IMG/VR virus record: IMGVR_UViG_3300025677_000016
Direction: 5' to 3' (one strand)
Source of the DNA: a virus
Length of the DNA stretch: 32,989 nt
Position 1 is the first letter of the stretch; each line of letters starts with the position of its first letter. A program made the position numbers and the translations under genes. The notes under the pieces are model-generated. The model was not told the DNA's origin. It made no database searches and was given only the letters and a program-made list of their open reading frames with translations. Positions 6,596 through 15,640 of this stretch are shown here, one piece after another.

Positions 6596-7270
6596 ATGAA
6601 AAAGACGTGCCAGGAATGCGGGAAAGAGTTCGAGGCGGTGATGATCACTCTCATTGGCCGGGAGTATTGCTTCGAGAAATATTGCCCGGCGTGCAAGCCG
6701 ATCAGGGAGCAACAAGAGCGGGACATGGCTGCTATCCGGCAAGAGCAGGCTCGAACCGAAGAGTTCAATCGCGCCTGCCCACCGCTCTACCGAGAGACCG
6801 ACCCACGCAAGCTCCCTTGCAATCCCGACATCACAAAGCTGGTGCTTGGCTGGACATACGGCGCGAAAGGCCTGGTGTTGCACGGAGCCACCGGGCGCGG
6901 CAAAACACGGCTCGCATACCTGCTCGTCAAGCGGCTGGTACTCGAGGGCCGCACCGTGAGCGCATTCGACCCGCTGTCATTCGCGCACCGCGTTGGTGAG
7001 ACGTTTGGGGAATACCAAGGCGAGCGATTCATCCGCGAGCAACAGAAGGTCGACGTGCTGATGCTCGATGACCTGGGCAAGGCAAAGCTAACAGAGCGTG
7101 CTGAGGCTGAGTTGTTCGGTCTGGTCGAGCATAGGATCGCTCACTTCAAGCCGCTGATCGTGACTACTAACTTCGTTGGGGATAAGCTAAGCGATAAGCT
7201 GAGCGAGGATCGAGCTACGCCGCTGGTCAGGAGACTGAGGGAGTTCAACGAGTGTGTGTGTGTGAGGTAA
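6596..7270 (+). CDS. DnaC/IstB-like AAA+ helicase loader with an N-terminal Cys-rich (zinc-ribbon-like) segment
   Basis: Walker A HGATGRGKT, Walker B VLMLDDLG, and CxxC...CxxC at the N-terminus. Confidence 0.8.
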   Translation: MKKTCQECGKEFEAVMITLIGREYCFEKYCPACKPIREQQERDMAAIRQEQARTEEFNRACPPLYRETDPRKLPCNPDITKLVLGWTYGAKGLVLHGATGRGKTRLAYLLVKRLVLEGRTVSAFDPLSFAHRVGETFGEYQGERFIREQQKVDVLMLDDLGKAKLTERAEAELFGLVEHRIAHFKPLIVTTNFVGDKLSDKLSEDRATPLVRRLREFNECVCVR

Positions 7271-7347
7271 TTGTGCTCGGAGGACATCGAGGGCACAGTT
7301 GTGCTGCCCGGGGCTGTGCTCAAAAGGCTTATGGAGGTGCTTCCGCT

Positions 7348-8103
7348 ATGCTGAGACCAAACGAGAATAAAAACGCGCCACAGGGCAACGTGGCGCAAGG
7401 GCGGGGCGGTGTGGTGGGGCGCAAGACGGGCGGCCGATGGTCTGAACTGCCAATCAGCGATGAAGAACTTGTGCGCAGATACCAAGCCGGGGCTGGAGTT
7501 AAGGCCCTCGCCAAACAACTCGGGACAAATCACGTCAAAATCCTTCGGCGAATCAGGGCAACATGCGGTGTGATTAAGGGGAGGCAATTCGTAAAGGAAA
7601 AGTTTGCCGGAAAGACGGTTGCAGCGTGGCAATACGACGCTTGGAAAGGTGAATGGAAAGCCATGTCGCAATACGACGAGACAAAGCACTGGGGCGGGTT
7701 GTGGGTGCGCAACCGAACTACGAATAGGGAATACAGACGCGCAATGGATGCCAAGCACAGGCGCGACAAGAGCAATTACTACATCTCCAAGCTGCTTAGG
7801 TGTAGAGTGCGGTCTGTGCTTAAAGGTGTGAAGAAATCAAAGCCAACACTCACCATGCTTGGCTGCACGCTTGAGCAGTTCAGACAGCACATGCAGGCAC
7901 AGTTCAAGCGAGGCATGGCATGGAATAACATGGGTAGTCATTGGCACATTGACCACATAATACCATGCTCTGCATTCGACCTAAGCAAGCCAGAGCAACA
8001 GGCGATATGCTTTCACTATACTAACATGCAACCGCTAGAGGCTAAAAGGAACTTGGCCAAGCGTGCAAAAGTCATAGATGCGCAATACAAGCTGAGGATC
8101 TAA
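7348..8103 (+). CDS. HNH endonuclease with an N-terminal HTH-like segment
   Basis: WHIDHIIPCSAFDL...HYTNMQPLEAKRNLAK is an HNH motif. ATG 7348 lies 8 nt after GGAGG. The gene is located just upstream of the terminase genes. Confidence 0.8.
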   Translation: MLRPNENKNAPQGNVAQGRGGVVGRKTGGRWSELPISDEELVRRYQAGAGVKALAKQLGTNHVKILRRIRATCGVIKGRQFVKEKFAGKTVAAWQYDAWKGEWKAMSQYDETKHWGGLWVRNRTTNREYRRAMDAKHRRDKSNYYISKLLRCRVRSVLKGVKKSKPTLTMLGCTLEQFRQHMQAQFKRGMAWNNMGSHWHIDHIIPCSAFDLSKPEQQAICFHYTNMQPLEAKRNLAKRAKVIDAQYKLRI

Positions 8104-8201
8104 AATGACCGGCAAAAAAACAATTTCTTTGGCAAACTCAAACAACGGGGTACGCGAAGGACCGTTCTTCGTCCGTGACTCATGTTTTGGAACTTTGACT
8201 A

Positions 8202-8447
8202 ATGAACACCAATAACAGCCATCCGTTTCCGCAAGCGACGTGTTCGGTTCCGGTCGCAGCGGTTGACCAACTCCTTAGACAACTGGAACGGATCGAAAGA
8301 CTCGAAAGCGCACTGACAGAAATTATTAATCTGTGTCAGGTTGCTGGACTTGGTGTCGAGGCTCAGGCATTCCAGTCGAGATTGATTGCGCAGAGAGCTC
8401 TTAAACCGAACGCAGAAAAGACGCCTGCGGCAGAACGCAAAGAATGA
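8202..8447 (+). CDS. Hypothetical protein, 81 aa
   Basis: Track ORF; its stop overlaps the TerS start (ATGA). Confidence 0.5.
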   Translation: MNTNNSHPFPQATCSVPVAAVDQLLRQLERIERLESALTEIINLCQVAGLGVEAQAFQSRLIAQRALKPNAEKTPAAERKE

Positions 8448-8917
8448 CGACCGCTAGCAAACGCAAACCAAGGCGCGCCAAAAGACCAACCCGGCATAAC
8501 AAGTCCTGGACGGATCACGACTTGTCAATATCCGAAGCCGCGAAGGAATTCCACAGCACACCGGAGACTATCCGGCGACGCTTGCGTGCTGCTGAGATCA
8601 CACACACCGAAGGTAAGCGATACTCAATCTATGTACTCCACACGGCTTTGGTCGGCGACTTGCACGCGCAGCGAATCCGGGAGACTCGTGCGCGCGCTGA
8701 CCTGCTTGAACTTGAGCGCCGCAAGACTGAAGGTGATCTTGTGACAATGGAGGAGGCTCGCAGTGTCATCCGGCAATACCTTGGTCCGATGCGGGACATC
8801 CTTACCACAGCGCCGATGGCCTTGGCTGCGCGAGTCAATCCGGCAGACCCCGAGCTTGCCCGGATGCAACTGGAGCAATGGTCGGAAGACAATCTAAAGA
8901 AACTGCATGACGTATGA
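8444..8917 (+). CDS. terS: Terminase small subunit, Nu1-like (HTH plus coiled coil)
   Basis: Basic N-terminus, HTH (ISEAAKEFHSTPETIRRRL), and LLELERRKTEGDLVTMEEA typical of Nu1-type proteins. Its position is upstream of TerL. Confidence 0.65.
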   Translation: MTTASKRKPRRAKRPTRHNKSWTDHDLSISEAAKEFHSTPETIRRRLRAAEITHTEGKRYSIYVLHTALVGDLHAQRIRETRARADLLELERRKTEGDLVTMEEARSVIRQYLGPMRDILTTAPMALAARVNPADPELARMQLEQWSEDNLKKLHDV

Positions 8918-9123
8918 GACTAACCTACACACAGCTTTATAACGCGCACACCAAAGGCGACGACTGGCCCACACAGACCGCATGGAAGATTGTCGAAAAG
9001 CTTCGGATTGAAAGCGGGCCGTATGACTCGCTGTGGTGTGTGAAGATGACACCACACCAACGTGACGTAGCATTCAACGCGATCCGCGACGTGCTGAACA
9101 AATCGGCGGAAGTGAGACAATGA
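8914..9123 (+). CDS. Hypothetical protein, 69 aa, between TerS and TerL
   Basis: Track ORF with ATGA overlaps at both ends. Confidence 0.5.
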   Translation: MRLTYTQLYNAHTKGDDWPTQTAWKIVEKLRIESGPYDSLWCVKMTPHQRDVAFNAIRDVLNKSAEVRQ

Positions 9124-10985
9124 CTCTCAAGACCTTCGCGCGGGAAGTCTTCACAGCTCAGAGCAAGCAGGCTGTTTCCGCTTGGAGCGAGGGGGCGCTT
9201 GTCATTCCTCCCGGCAAGTCCGAGTCCCCCGGCCCGTTATCGTGGCTTGGCCGGGACTACATGCGGGAACCTTTGGATGCGTGGAATGCGCCGGGCGTCA
9301 CAGACCTTGTGTTGTGCTTCGGATCGCAGACGGGCAAGTCAACTCTCATGATCGCGGGCGTGGCTTACGTGCTTGTCAACTCTCCGTCTGGCTTGCTATG
9401 GGTGCACCCAACGCAACAACTTGCGCGGAGCTTCTCGACCACGCGGTGGTTGCCTGTTGTCAAGGTATCACCCAGCCTGACCACATTGATGCCGACGGGA
9501 TCAGCGAAACGCACGGGGATGACACTGCTCCAGCAAGAGTTTGGTCCAAGCCTTGTGAACTTCGTTGGGTCAAACTCGCCTGCCAACCTTGCCAGCCGCC
9601 CCGCGCGCGTTGTGATCATGGATGAGGTTGACAAATTCCCGAAGGAAGTCCGATCCGAAGCAGACGCTGTGAACCTCGCAGAGCAGAGGACCAAGAGCTT
9701 TACAAACCCGCTCAGGGTGAAAGCTTCGACGCCCACGGAAGAGGACGGGCTCATCTGGCAAGAGTTCATGAAGGGCGATCAGCGCCGCTATCAGATGCCA
9801 TGCCCGCTCTGCCGCAAGCCAGTGGTGTTCGCATGGTCAGAGCAATTCTGCGTGATGCCGCGGCTCGGCTGTGAAGCGTGGGTGGCATGGGACTCGACCG
9901 CGCGGAGGGCAGACGGAACATGGGACCTGGATGCGGTGCATAAGAGCGCCCGGGCCGTGTGCCCACATTGCGGCGGGCACATTGCAGACAGCGCGAAGAC
10001 TCGCATGATCCGGGAAGGGAGGTGGGTGCCCACGGCCACGGCTACCACAACCCGCGGCTTTCGTTCCTATCACTTACCCAGCCTGTACGCCGTGGGGACG
10101 CAGACAAGCTTCGGTGCGCTTGCTATCGCGTTCCTCCGTGCGAAGAAGTCATTCCTTGGGTTGCGCGGCTTCGTGAACGGAGCACTGTCCGAGCCGTTCA
10201 TGCGGCAGGACATGCGCGGTCAGAGGATCGAGGTTGTTGTTAGCAAGCCCGAGGCGAAGGCTGAGGCTAGCAAGATCATGACGGTTGACTGTCAGCATGG
10301 CTCGCCGCACTTCTGGTACGTTGTTAGGACCTGGGAACACTCGCAGACTAGCACGGTGTCGACCGCGGTGAAGGCTGGGCACGCTGAGACATGGGAAGAC
10401 TTACACAAGATCAAGACCGACGAGAATGTTCCTGATGCTGGCGTCATGGTTGACTCAGGCTGGGGTGCGCGCTCGGACGCAGAAGTGTATCGGCGTTGCG
10501 CTGCTTACTCAGAGTTCACTTTTCTTGAGGAACGCGGCAAACACTTCGGGACTGGATGGTGCCCGGCAAAGGGAATGCCGCACCGGAAGACCTGGAAACA
10601 GCCGGACACGCAAGCACAAGCCCCGTACTTCACAAGGTTCATCGACCCGTTTGCTGGAACGTCCGATGCCGGCAAGGCTGAGATTGTCCTTTTCGAATTC
10701 GCATCGGACTGGTTCAAGGACTTGCTCGCAGTGTTGCGCGACCCAGAGCAAGCGAAAGACTTGTCGATAACATGGGCTGTGGCCAAGGACGTAGCTACTG
10801 AGGAGTATTGGCAACACTTGGATGCTGAGTACCTAGACCAACAGCCGAGCAAAAAGACAGGCAAGACAACTCGGACGTGGACGAAGCGCAGTCAGAGATG
10901 GCCGAACCACTTGCTTGACTGCGAGGTAATGCAACTCGCATTTGCAATGTGGTGTGGCCTGATGCCAACACTGCCGACGGAATAA
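9120..10985 (+). CDS. terL: Terminase large subunit, lambda GpA family
   Basis: FGSQTGKS P-loop, VIMDEVD Walker B, CPLC...CPHCGG zinc motif and C-terminal NHLLDCEVMQLA, in GpA-like order. Confidence 0.9.
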   Translation: MTLKTFAREVFTAQSKQAVSAWSEGALVIPPGKSESPGPLSWLGRDYMREPLDAWNAPGVTDLVLCFGSQTGKSTLMIAGVAYVLVNSPSGLLWVHPTQQLARSFSTTRWLPVVKVSPSLTTLMPTGSAKRTGMTLLQQEFGPSLVNFVGSNSPANLASRPARVVIMDEVDKFPKEVRSEADAVNLAEQRTKSFTNPLRVKASTPTEEDGLIWQEFMKGDQRRYQMPCPLCRKPVVFAWSEQFCVMPRLGCEAWVAWDSTARRADGTWDLDAVHKSARAVCPHCGGHIADSAKTRMIREGRWVPTATATTTRGFRSYHLPSLYAVGTQTSFGALAIAFLRAKKSFLGLRGFVNGALSEPFMRQDMRGQRIEVVVSKPEAKAEASKIMTVDCQHGSPHFWYVVRTWEHSQTSTVSTAVKAGHAETWEDLHKIKTDENVPDAGVMVDSGWGARSDAEVYRRCAAYSEFTFLEERGKHFGTGWCPAKGMPHRKTWKQPDTQAQAPYFTRFIDPFAGTSDAGKAEIVLFEFASDWFKDLLAVLRDPEQAKDLSITWAVAKDVATEEYWQHLDAEYLDQQPSKKTGKTTRTWTKRSQRWPNHLLDCEVMQLAFAMWCGLMPTLPTE

Positions 10986-10992
10986 GAGGAAC

Positions 10993-11331
10993 ATGAGAAT
11001 ACTGAACCTTGAACAATTCAGAGCGATGCCCGAAAACACGGTCTTTTCCAAGTATGAGCCATACCTGTTTGGCGAACTGCAAATCAAGGGTCAGACATGG
11101 GAAGCGGACTTTCTCGCGCAATCAATCAACGGAGCCATAGAATCAAACGACACCGGTGACTTCTGCGATAAACTCGACCGCGCACAGAAAACCGGAGAAT
11201 CGTTGAAGATGGACTTCAACTGCGAATGCCGCGACGGACTTTTCAACAAAGATCAACTGTTCGCGGTCTTGGAAGAAGCCGACGTGCGAGCACTTATCCA
11301 GCGCCTGCAATGGTGCTTGCCGCTGCAATGA
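10993..11331 (+). CDS. Acidic hypothetical protein, 112 aa
   Basis: Track ORF. I counted about 19 D/E against about 12 K/R. It is inserted between TerL and the gpW-like and portal genes, and the sequence looks more A/T-rich than its flanks. Confidence 0.6.
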   Translation: MRILNLEQFRAMPENTVFSKYEPYLFGELQIKGQTWEADFLAQSINGAIESNDTGDFCDKLDRAQKTGESLKMDFNCECRDGLFNKDQLFAVLEEADVRALIQRLQWCLPLQ

Positions 11332-11519
11332 GTGACAACCTATCGCGCAAGGACATTGCACGACTGCTCGACGTGAGTGTCGACCAGGTGCGTCGCAATG
11401 AAACGCGATGGGGGCTGAAGCCTGCGCGGCGAGTCTTCAACCTGCGCTTCGTTCGGTATCGCAAGGGGAAGGTCATAGAAGCACTACGGGCTATGGGATT
11501 GATTGATGACTTGCCGTAA
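11328..11519 (+). CDS. Small HTH DNA-binding protein, 63 aa (excisionase/MerR-like HTH)
   Basis: LSRKDIARLLDVSVDQVRRNETRWGL. ATG 11328 overlaps the upstream stop (ATGA). Confidence 0.6.
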   Translation: MSDNLSRKDIARLLDVSVDQVRRNETRWGLKPARRVFNLRFVRYRKGKVIEALRAMGLIDDLP

Positions 11520-11553
11520 CTGCCGCAACTGCCGCAACTGCCACAACTACCAC
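11518..11553. repeat. Four tandem 9-mers: AACTGCCGC, AACTGCCGC, AACTGCCAC, AACTACCAC
   Basis: Read directly. The array starts within the stop codon of the HTH gene and is followed by tagac/tagtt/tagtt and a 7-bp hairpin (11571-11593). Confidence 0.85.
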
Positions 11554-11589
11554 TAGACTAGTTTAGTTGCCCACGCGTACCTTATTCGC

Positions 11590-11961
11590 GTGGCGCAAAT
11601 AGCAGCATCAACCTACCGGGCGGCAGTCACCTACGCGGTGTCGCAAGCCAGCGCTGGGGCGTTGCGCACTTGGTTAGCTGCTAAGGTTGCTTCTACTTTC
11701 GGCGACGTATCCTCTGGTCGGTCAGTTGCTAGCGTCAGCATGAACGGCGTTAGCACTTCCTTCTTTGATCCAGCTTCCGCTGGCATGTCACAACAAGATG
11801 CCGTCCAAATGTGGCAACGGCTTCTGGAGTTGTGCGACACTTGCATAACCTACCTCGACGACGACGAGGCTACCAACGCCGAGATTGCTGCCGAAATGAC
11901 AGGCCGGTTGCCGGACGTTTATCAGCATTCGGTTGAATTCGCGGGGATGAACCAATGGTAA
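11590..11961 (+). CDS. gpW-like head-completion / head-tail joining protein (start codon uncertain)
   Basis: SGRSVASVSMNGVSTSF...WQRLLEL resembles lambda gpW TGKRVATVQKDGRRVEF...YIAELE. It occupies the position between TerL and the portal. GTG 11590 lies inside a hairpin. Confidence 0.45.
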   Translation: MAQIAASTYRAAVTYAVSQASAGALRTWLAAKVASTFGDVSSGRSVASVSMNGVSTSFFDPASAGMSQQDAVQMWQRLLELCDTCITYLDDDEATNAEIAAEMTGRLPDVYQHSVEFAGMNQW

Positions 11962-13436
11962 ACGCGCTCCGCCATTGGCTGGCCAGGTTACTCGTTGGCA
12001 ACGTCTATGAGGCTGCGCAGTATTCGACGCGGCGCAGTCGGATTCAATCCACCTACACTTCAGCGCGATTCGATATTTCAACAGCGTCCAGGCAGACACT
12101 CGCCCAGAAGGCTAGGTATTACGAGCGCAACTCGTGGCTCGTCAACAAGCTAGCTGACATTTTCGAGTCTGGCACGGTAGGCACTGGCTTAGTGGTTCAG
12201 CCTTCAACGGATGATGACGAATGGAACCAGCGGGCCAGTGACTGGTGGCAGACATGGTGCAAGTTCCCGGATGCCACGAGCAGGCAAAGCTTCGGCACAC
12301 TGCAAGGCCTGATGGCGCGGACATGGTTCATCGACGGCGAAACATTCGTGTTGAAGTCGATGGGCCGGGTCGGGCCGAGGGTGCAGATCATCGAGGGGCA
12401 TCTGATCCGCACGCCAGACGGACAGGAGAAAAACAAGCAGTGGATTGATGGGATATTCGTTGACTCGAATGGTAGGCCGACTGGATACGCTGTACACGCG
12501 GAGGAGGACGCAGGCAGACTCAAGCTCATCGAGGTGGTACCAGCGGAACGAGTGTGGCACCTATTCGAGCCACAGCGTCCAGGACAGTATCGCGGGACTT
12601 CGTTCCTATCTCCTGTTCTCAACGCTCTCCATGATCTTGATGATTTATGGAAGCTTGAGATGCAGGTTGCAAAGCTGGCCGGGACTCTCGGTGTGCTGAA
12701 GACGAATGCAACCGGAACATTCGACCCGCTCCGATTCCGCAGGTCACAGGTCACTCGCAGCAACAGCACAGCGGGCGGCGCAGCGACAACTGAGACAACC
12801 ACGGACTTGATCGAGGATGCTACTGGCGCAATGGCTATCGCGCTTGGAAATGGTGAGGACATCAAGCAATTCATTGCCACTCGACCCACAGAGCAACAGC
12901 GCCAACATTGGCAACTCATCACGAAAGCGATCTGCATTGGGGTAGGTATTCCCTACGTGATGGTAGACCCAGACAGTATGCAAGGGACTGTGTACCGTGG
13001 CAGCCTCGACCTAGCTGCATCTTTCTTCGCCCAGCGTTCAAGCGTAATTGCCGATGCGTGTCGTGACATCTACGGCTATGTTATGTCCGTCGCTCGGAAC
13101 ACACCGGAACTATCCGGAGCGCCAACCGAATACTGGGCGGCGAATGTACTCCCGCCAAGAGGAGTAAACGTTGACATAGGTTATACTATGTCGGCTAACC
13201 TCCAAAGTCTCCAGGCCGGAACGGACGACCTGGAGACTATCCTTTCGCCAAGGGGACTCGATTGGAGAACTGTGCTGCGCAGGAAAGCAGAGCAGGCTGC
13301 TTACATCAAAGAGCTCGCGGCAGAGTACGGTGTCGACCCTAGTGACATTGCGAACATCAACGGAAAGCAACAGGCCGCGCAAGCTCCGAGTGAAGAGGAG
13401 GAGAAGCCTGACACTGAAGAGGAGGAAAAGAAGTGA
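11955..13436 (+). CDS. Portal protein, lambda gpB family
   Basis: Size, position after GpA/gpW, the N-terminal YYERNSWLVNKLADIF..GTGL pattern, and an acidic C-terminal tail. Confidence 0.85.
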   Translation: MVNALRHWLARLLVGNVYEAAQYSTRRSRIQSTYTSARFDISTASRQTLAQKARYYERNSWLVNKLADIFESGTVGTGLVVQPSTDDDEWNQRASDWWQTWCKFPDATSRQSFGTLQGLMARTWFIDGETFVLKSMGRVGPRVQIIEGHLIRTPDGQEKNKQWIDGIFVDSNGRPTGYAVHAEEDAGRLKLIEVVPAERVWHLFEPQRPGQYRGTSFLSPVLNALHDLDDLWKLEMQVAKLAGTLGVLKTNATGTFDPLRFRRSQVTRSNSTAGGAATTETTTDLIEDATGAMAIALGNGEDIKQFIATRPTEQQRQHWQLITKAICIGVGIPYVMVDPDSMQGTVYRGSLDLAASFFAQRSSVIADACRDIYGYVMSVARNTPELSGAPTEYWAANVLPPRGVNVDIGYTMSANLQSLQAGTDDLETILSPRGLDWRTVLRRKAEQAAYIKELAAEYGVDPSDIANINGKQQAAQAPSEEEEKPDTEEEEKK

Positions 13437-15343
13437 AACCGTTTTGGGAAATCACGAACAGCGCAAAGAGCACGAAAGTCCTCCTTTACGGAATGATTGG
13501 CCGGGACTGGGATGGCAGCGGCAATGATCCAAAGGAGTTTCTCGAAGCGTGGGACGCGATTCCACAAGGCCCTATCGACCTGCACATACACTCTCCCGGC
13601 GGCTACGTGTTCGACGGGCTTGCGATTTACAACACGATAGCATCGCGCAAGCCCGATGTTACGGCGTACGTGGACGGGCTCGCGGCTAGCAGCGCAAGCT
13701 GGATTGCGTGCGCGGCTAACAAGGTGGTCATGCCGAAGACTGCTAGGATGATGATTCACGACGCACAAGGCTTCGTAATCGGCGACTCTGAGACTATGCG
13801 CGAGCAGGCCGAGTTACTTGACAAGGAGAGTGACCGGGTTGCGCAAATGTACGCTGACAAGACTGGCAAGTCGAAAGAGAAGATGCGTGACCTCATGCGG
13901 GCAACGACCTGGATGGATGGCATCGAAGCACACGAGATCGGGCTTGCGGATGAAGTCACAGACAGCACGGCGCAACCTAACAACTTCAACCTTTCCCGCT
14001 TCAAGTGTGTGCCTGGAGCGGGCGGCGGACTAAGCCCCGCCAAGACGGAAAAGAAAAACACAAACCAGCCGAAACCTATGGATAACCCAACAAACACGGC
14101 GGGGCCTAACCCTCAGCCGGAAATCAAACCCGTGAACGTGATTGATCACAACGCGGAACTTGAGCGCCTGCGGACGGCGCTTGAGTCCGAGCGGAAAATC
14201 AGGATCACGAACCAGCTCCACAACATCGCCGCGACGCGACCCAGCATCGACGTTGCCAAGTGGCTGCCGGACGTGCTGAAGAACGAGGGACTCCTCGAAA
14301 ACCTAAAGGCGTTCCCGGTGGTAGAGAATCAGACTCCCCAGCCGAGCGGCGTGGTCAACCTCGGGAATCCGCTGCTGAACGACTTGGAGAAGAAACCTAA
14401 AGGAACGCGCGAACGTTACGAGTTTCTTCGCAACCACCTGCCGGAACTCCATCGGCTTCGAGGGTATGACCCGATGAACGTGAACACTCTGAGTTCTACT
14501 CTGGTCCCGGCATTCCTGGCCGAGCAGTTTGTTCAGACGGCTCAAGTGCAACTCGCCCCGCTGGCTGCTTTCTCTCGCGATTTCGGCCTGGATCGCATTC
14601 GCCCTAGGGCAACCGTGGTTGTCGCGAAGCATACGAGCGGTCCGACGGTTCAGACTAACGCGACGAACTTCGAGTCTGGCGATAGCAAACTTGACCCAAT
14701 CAGCGTGACTATGAACCAGTACACTGCGAGCTTCCACGTGGACAATGCCGCGCAGAATCAGGGATTCAGAATGGCCACTCTCGCCGAGGGTGCGACAATC
14801 AATCTCGCGAAGAAGATTTCGAGCATCTGGACCACCTTGCTTGCTACCGCAACCTTCGGCGCAGCCAAGGCCATCGGCGCGGCTGCCAGCTTCGACCGCG
14901 ACGATCTTCCGGCGATTCTCGCGCTGGCCAAAAACTGGCCGAGAAAAAACCTGGTGCTCGATTGGGGACATCTCGCATACCTGCTGCCGAAGGACGTGAA
15001 CTACTTCGGGCTTACGAGCGGTGACATTCCTGGACGCGAAGGCCTGAAGCCCTACGGCTTCGACATGGTTGTAGCGCAGAACGACTGGACCGGCGCCGCG
15101 TCCAATACCGTTGGCGTTGTCTGTGATCCTGATGCAATCGCTGTTGCTAGCGGTCTTCCGGTGTCGTTCGGCAGCGGGTCGAGCATCGTGACCGAGACTG
15201 CTACTGTCGAGGGCCTCGGCCTTACCGTGCTTGCGTGCTCGTGGTTCTCGAATGCGTCGCGTACCACCTGGGCCTCCTACGATGTTGTCTTCGGTGCCGC
15301 AGCCGGTGACACCGACAAACTCGAAATCCTCGTTACCTCGTAA
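13433..15343 (+). CDS. Prohead protease (ClpP/S14-like) fused to a scaffold-like linker and an HK97-fold major capsid domain
   Basis: N-terminal VLLYGMIG...IHSPGGYVFDGLAIYN...ASSASWIA...MIHDA is a ClpP-type serine protease core. The middle is coiled-coil and Pro-rich, and the C-terminal ~300 aa are capsid-like. No separate capsid ORF follows. Confidence 0.75.
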   Translation: MKPFWEITNSAKSTKVLLYGMIGRDWDGSGNDPKEFLEAWDAIPQGPIDLHIHSPGGYVFDGLAIYNTIASRKPDVTAYVDGLAASSASWIACAANKVVMPKTARMMIHDAQGFVIGDSETMREQAELLDKESDRVAQMYADKTGKSKEKMRDLMRATTWMDGIEAHEIGLADEVTDSTAQPNNFNLSRFKCVPGAGGGLSPAKTEKKNTNQPKPMDNPTNTAGPNPQPEIKPVNVIDHNAELERLRTALESERKIRITNQLHNIAATRPSIDVAKWLPDVLKNEGLLENLKAFPVVENQTPQPSGVVNLGNPLLNDLEKKPKGTRERYEFLRNHLPELHRLRGYDPMNVNTLSSTLVPAFLAEQFVQTAQVQLAPLAAFSRDFGLDRIRPRATVVVAKHTSGPTVQTNATNFESGDSKLDPISVTMNQYTASFHVDNAAQNQGFRMATLAEGATINLAKKISSIWTTLLATATFGAAKAIGAAASFDRDDLPAILALAKNWPRKNLVLDWGHLAYLLPKDVNYFGLTSGDIPGREGLKPYGFDMVVAQNDWTGAASNTVGVVCDPDAIAVASGLPVSFGSGSSIVTETATVEGLGLTVLACSWFSNASRTTWASYDVVFGAAAGDTDKLEILVTS

Positions 15344-15347
15344 CACT

Positions 15348-15569
15348 ATGAGACGAGCAATCACACTGGGAATCGACGCGGCAGGTAAGACCGCGATTAT
15401 CCACGGCGTAGACATTCCCTATGCCGAGCAACGGCGCGAGTTCGCGGAGGCGCGCGCGGCACACTCGACTGGCAAGTGGGTCGAAGTCCTGTTCGCCTCC
15501 GAGTTCAAGAAGCTTCGTGTTGCGAAGCCGGAGCAGACTTCCGAAGAGCAGAAACGCAAGGTCAAGTAA
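15348..15569 (+). CDS. Hypothetical head-module protein, 73 aa
   Basis: Internal ATG of track ORF 15231-15569, 4 nt after the capsid stop. Confidence 0.5.
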   Translation: MRRAITLGIDAAGKTAIIHGVDIPYAEQRREFAEARAAHSTGKWVEVLFASEFKKLRVAKPEQTSEEQKRKVK

Positions 15570-15586
15570 CTAACCAACCAGCCCCA

Positions 15587-15626
15587 GCTCACGCGCTGGG
15601 TTATGTTCCTCTCCCAGCGCGTGAGC
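15587..15626 (+). terminator. 14-bp perfect stem-loop (gctcacgcgctggg / cccagcgcgtgagc, 12-nt loop) after the capsid genes
   Basis: Read directly. No T-tract follows, so it could be an attenuator or an mRNA-stabilising hairpin. Confidence 0.35.
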
Positions 15627-15640
15627 AAGGCGGACACAAA

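Noticed and set aside
7251-7263. A (GT)6 microsatellite at the 3' end of the DnaC-like gene
   Set aside because: It is short, in frame (..ECVCVR*) and has no evident function. It is noted only as a potential slippage site.
14303-15415. 370-aa ORF on the minus strand, with similar long antisense ORFs at 1679-2341, 12197-12937, 7141-7758 and 24961-25602
   Set aside because: They lie wholly inside well-supported + strand genes (capsid, coiled-coil, portal, HNH, TMP). Their products are Arg/Ser/Ala/Pro-rich and low-complexity, typical of shadow ORFs in GC-rich coding DNA.
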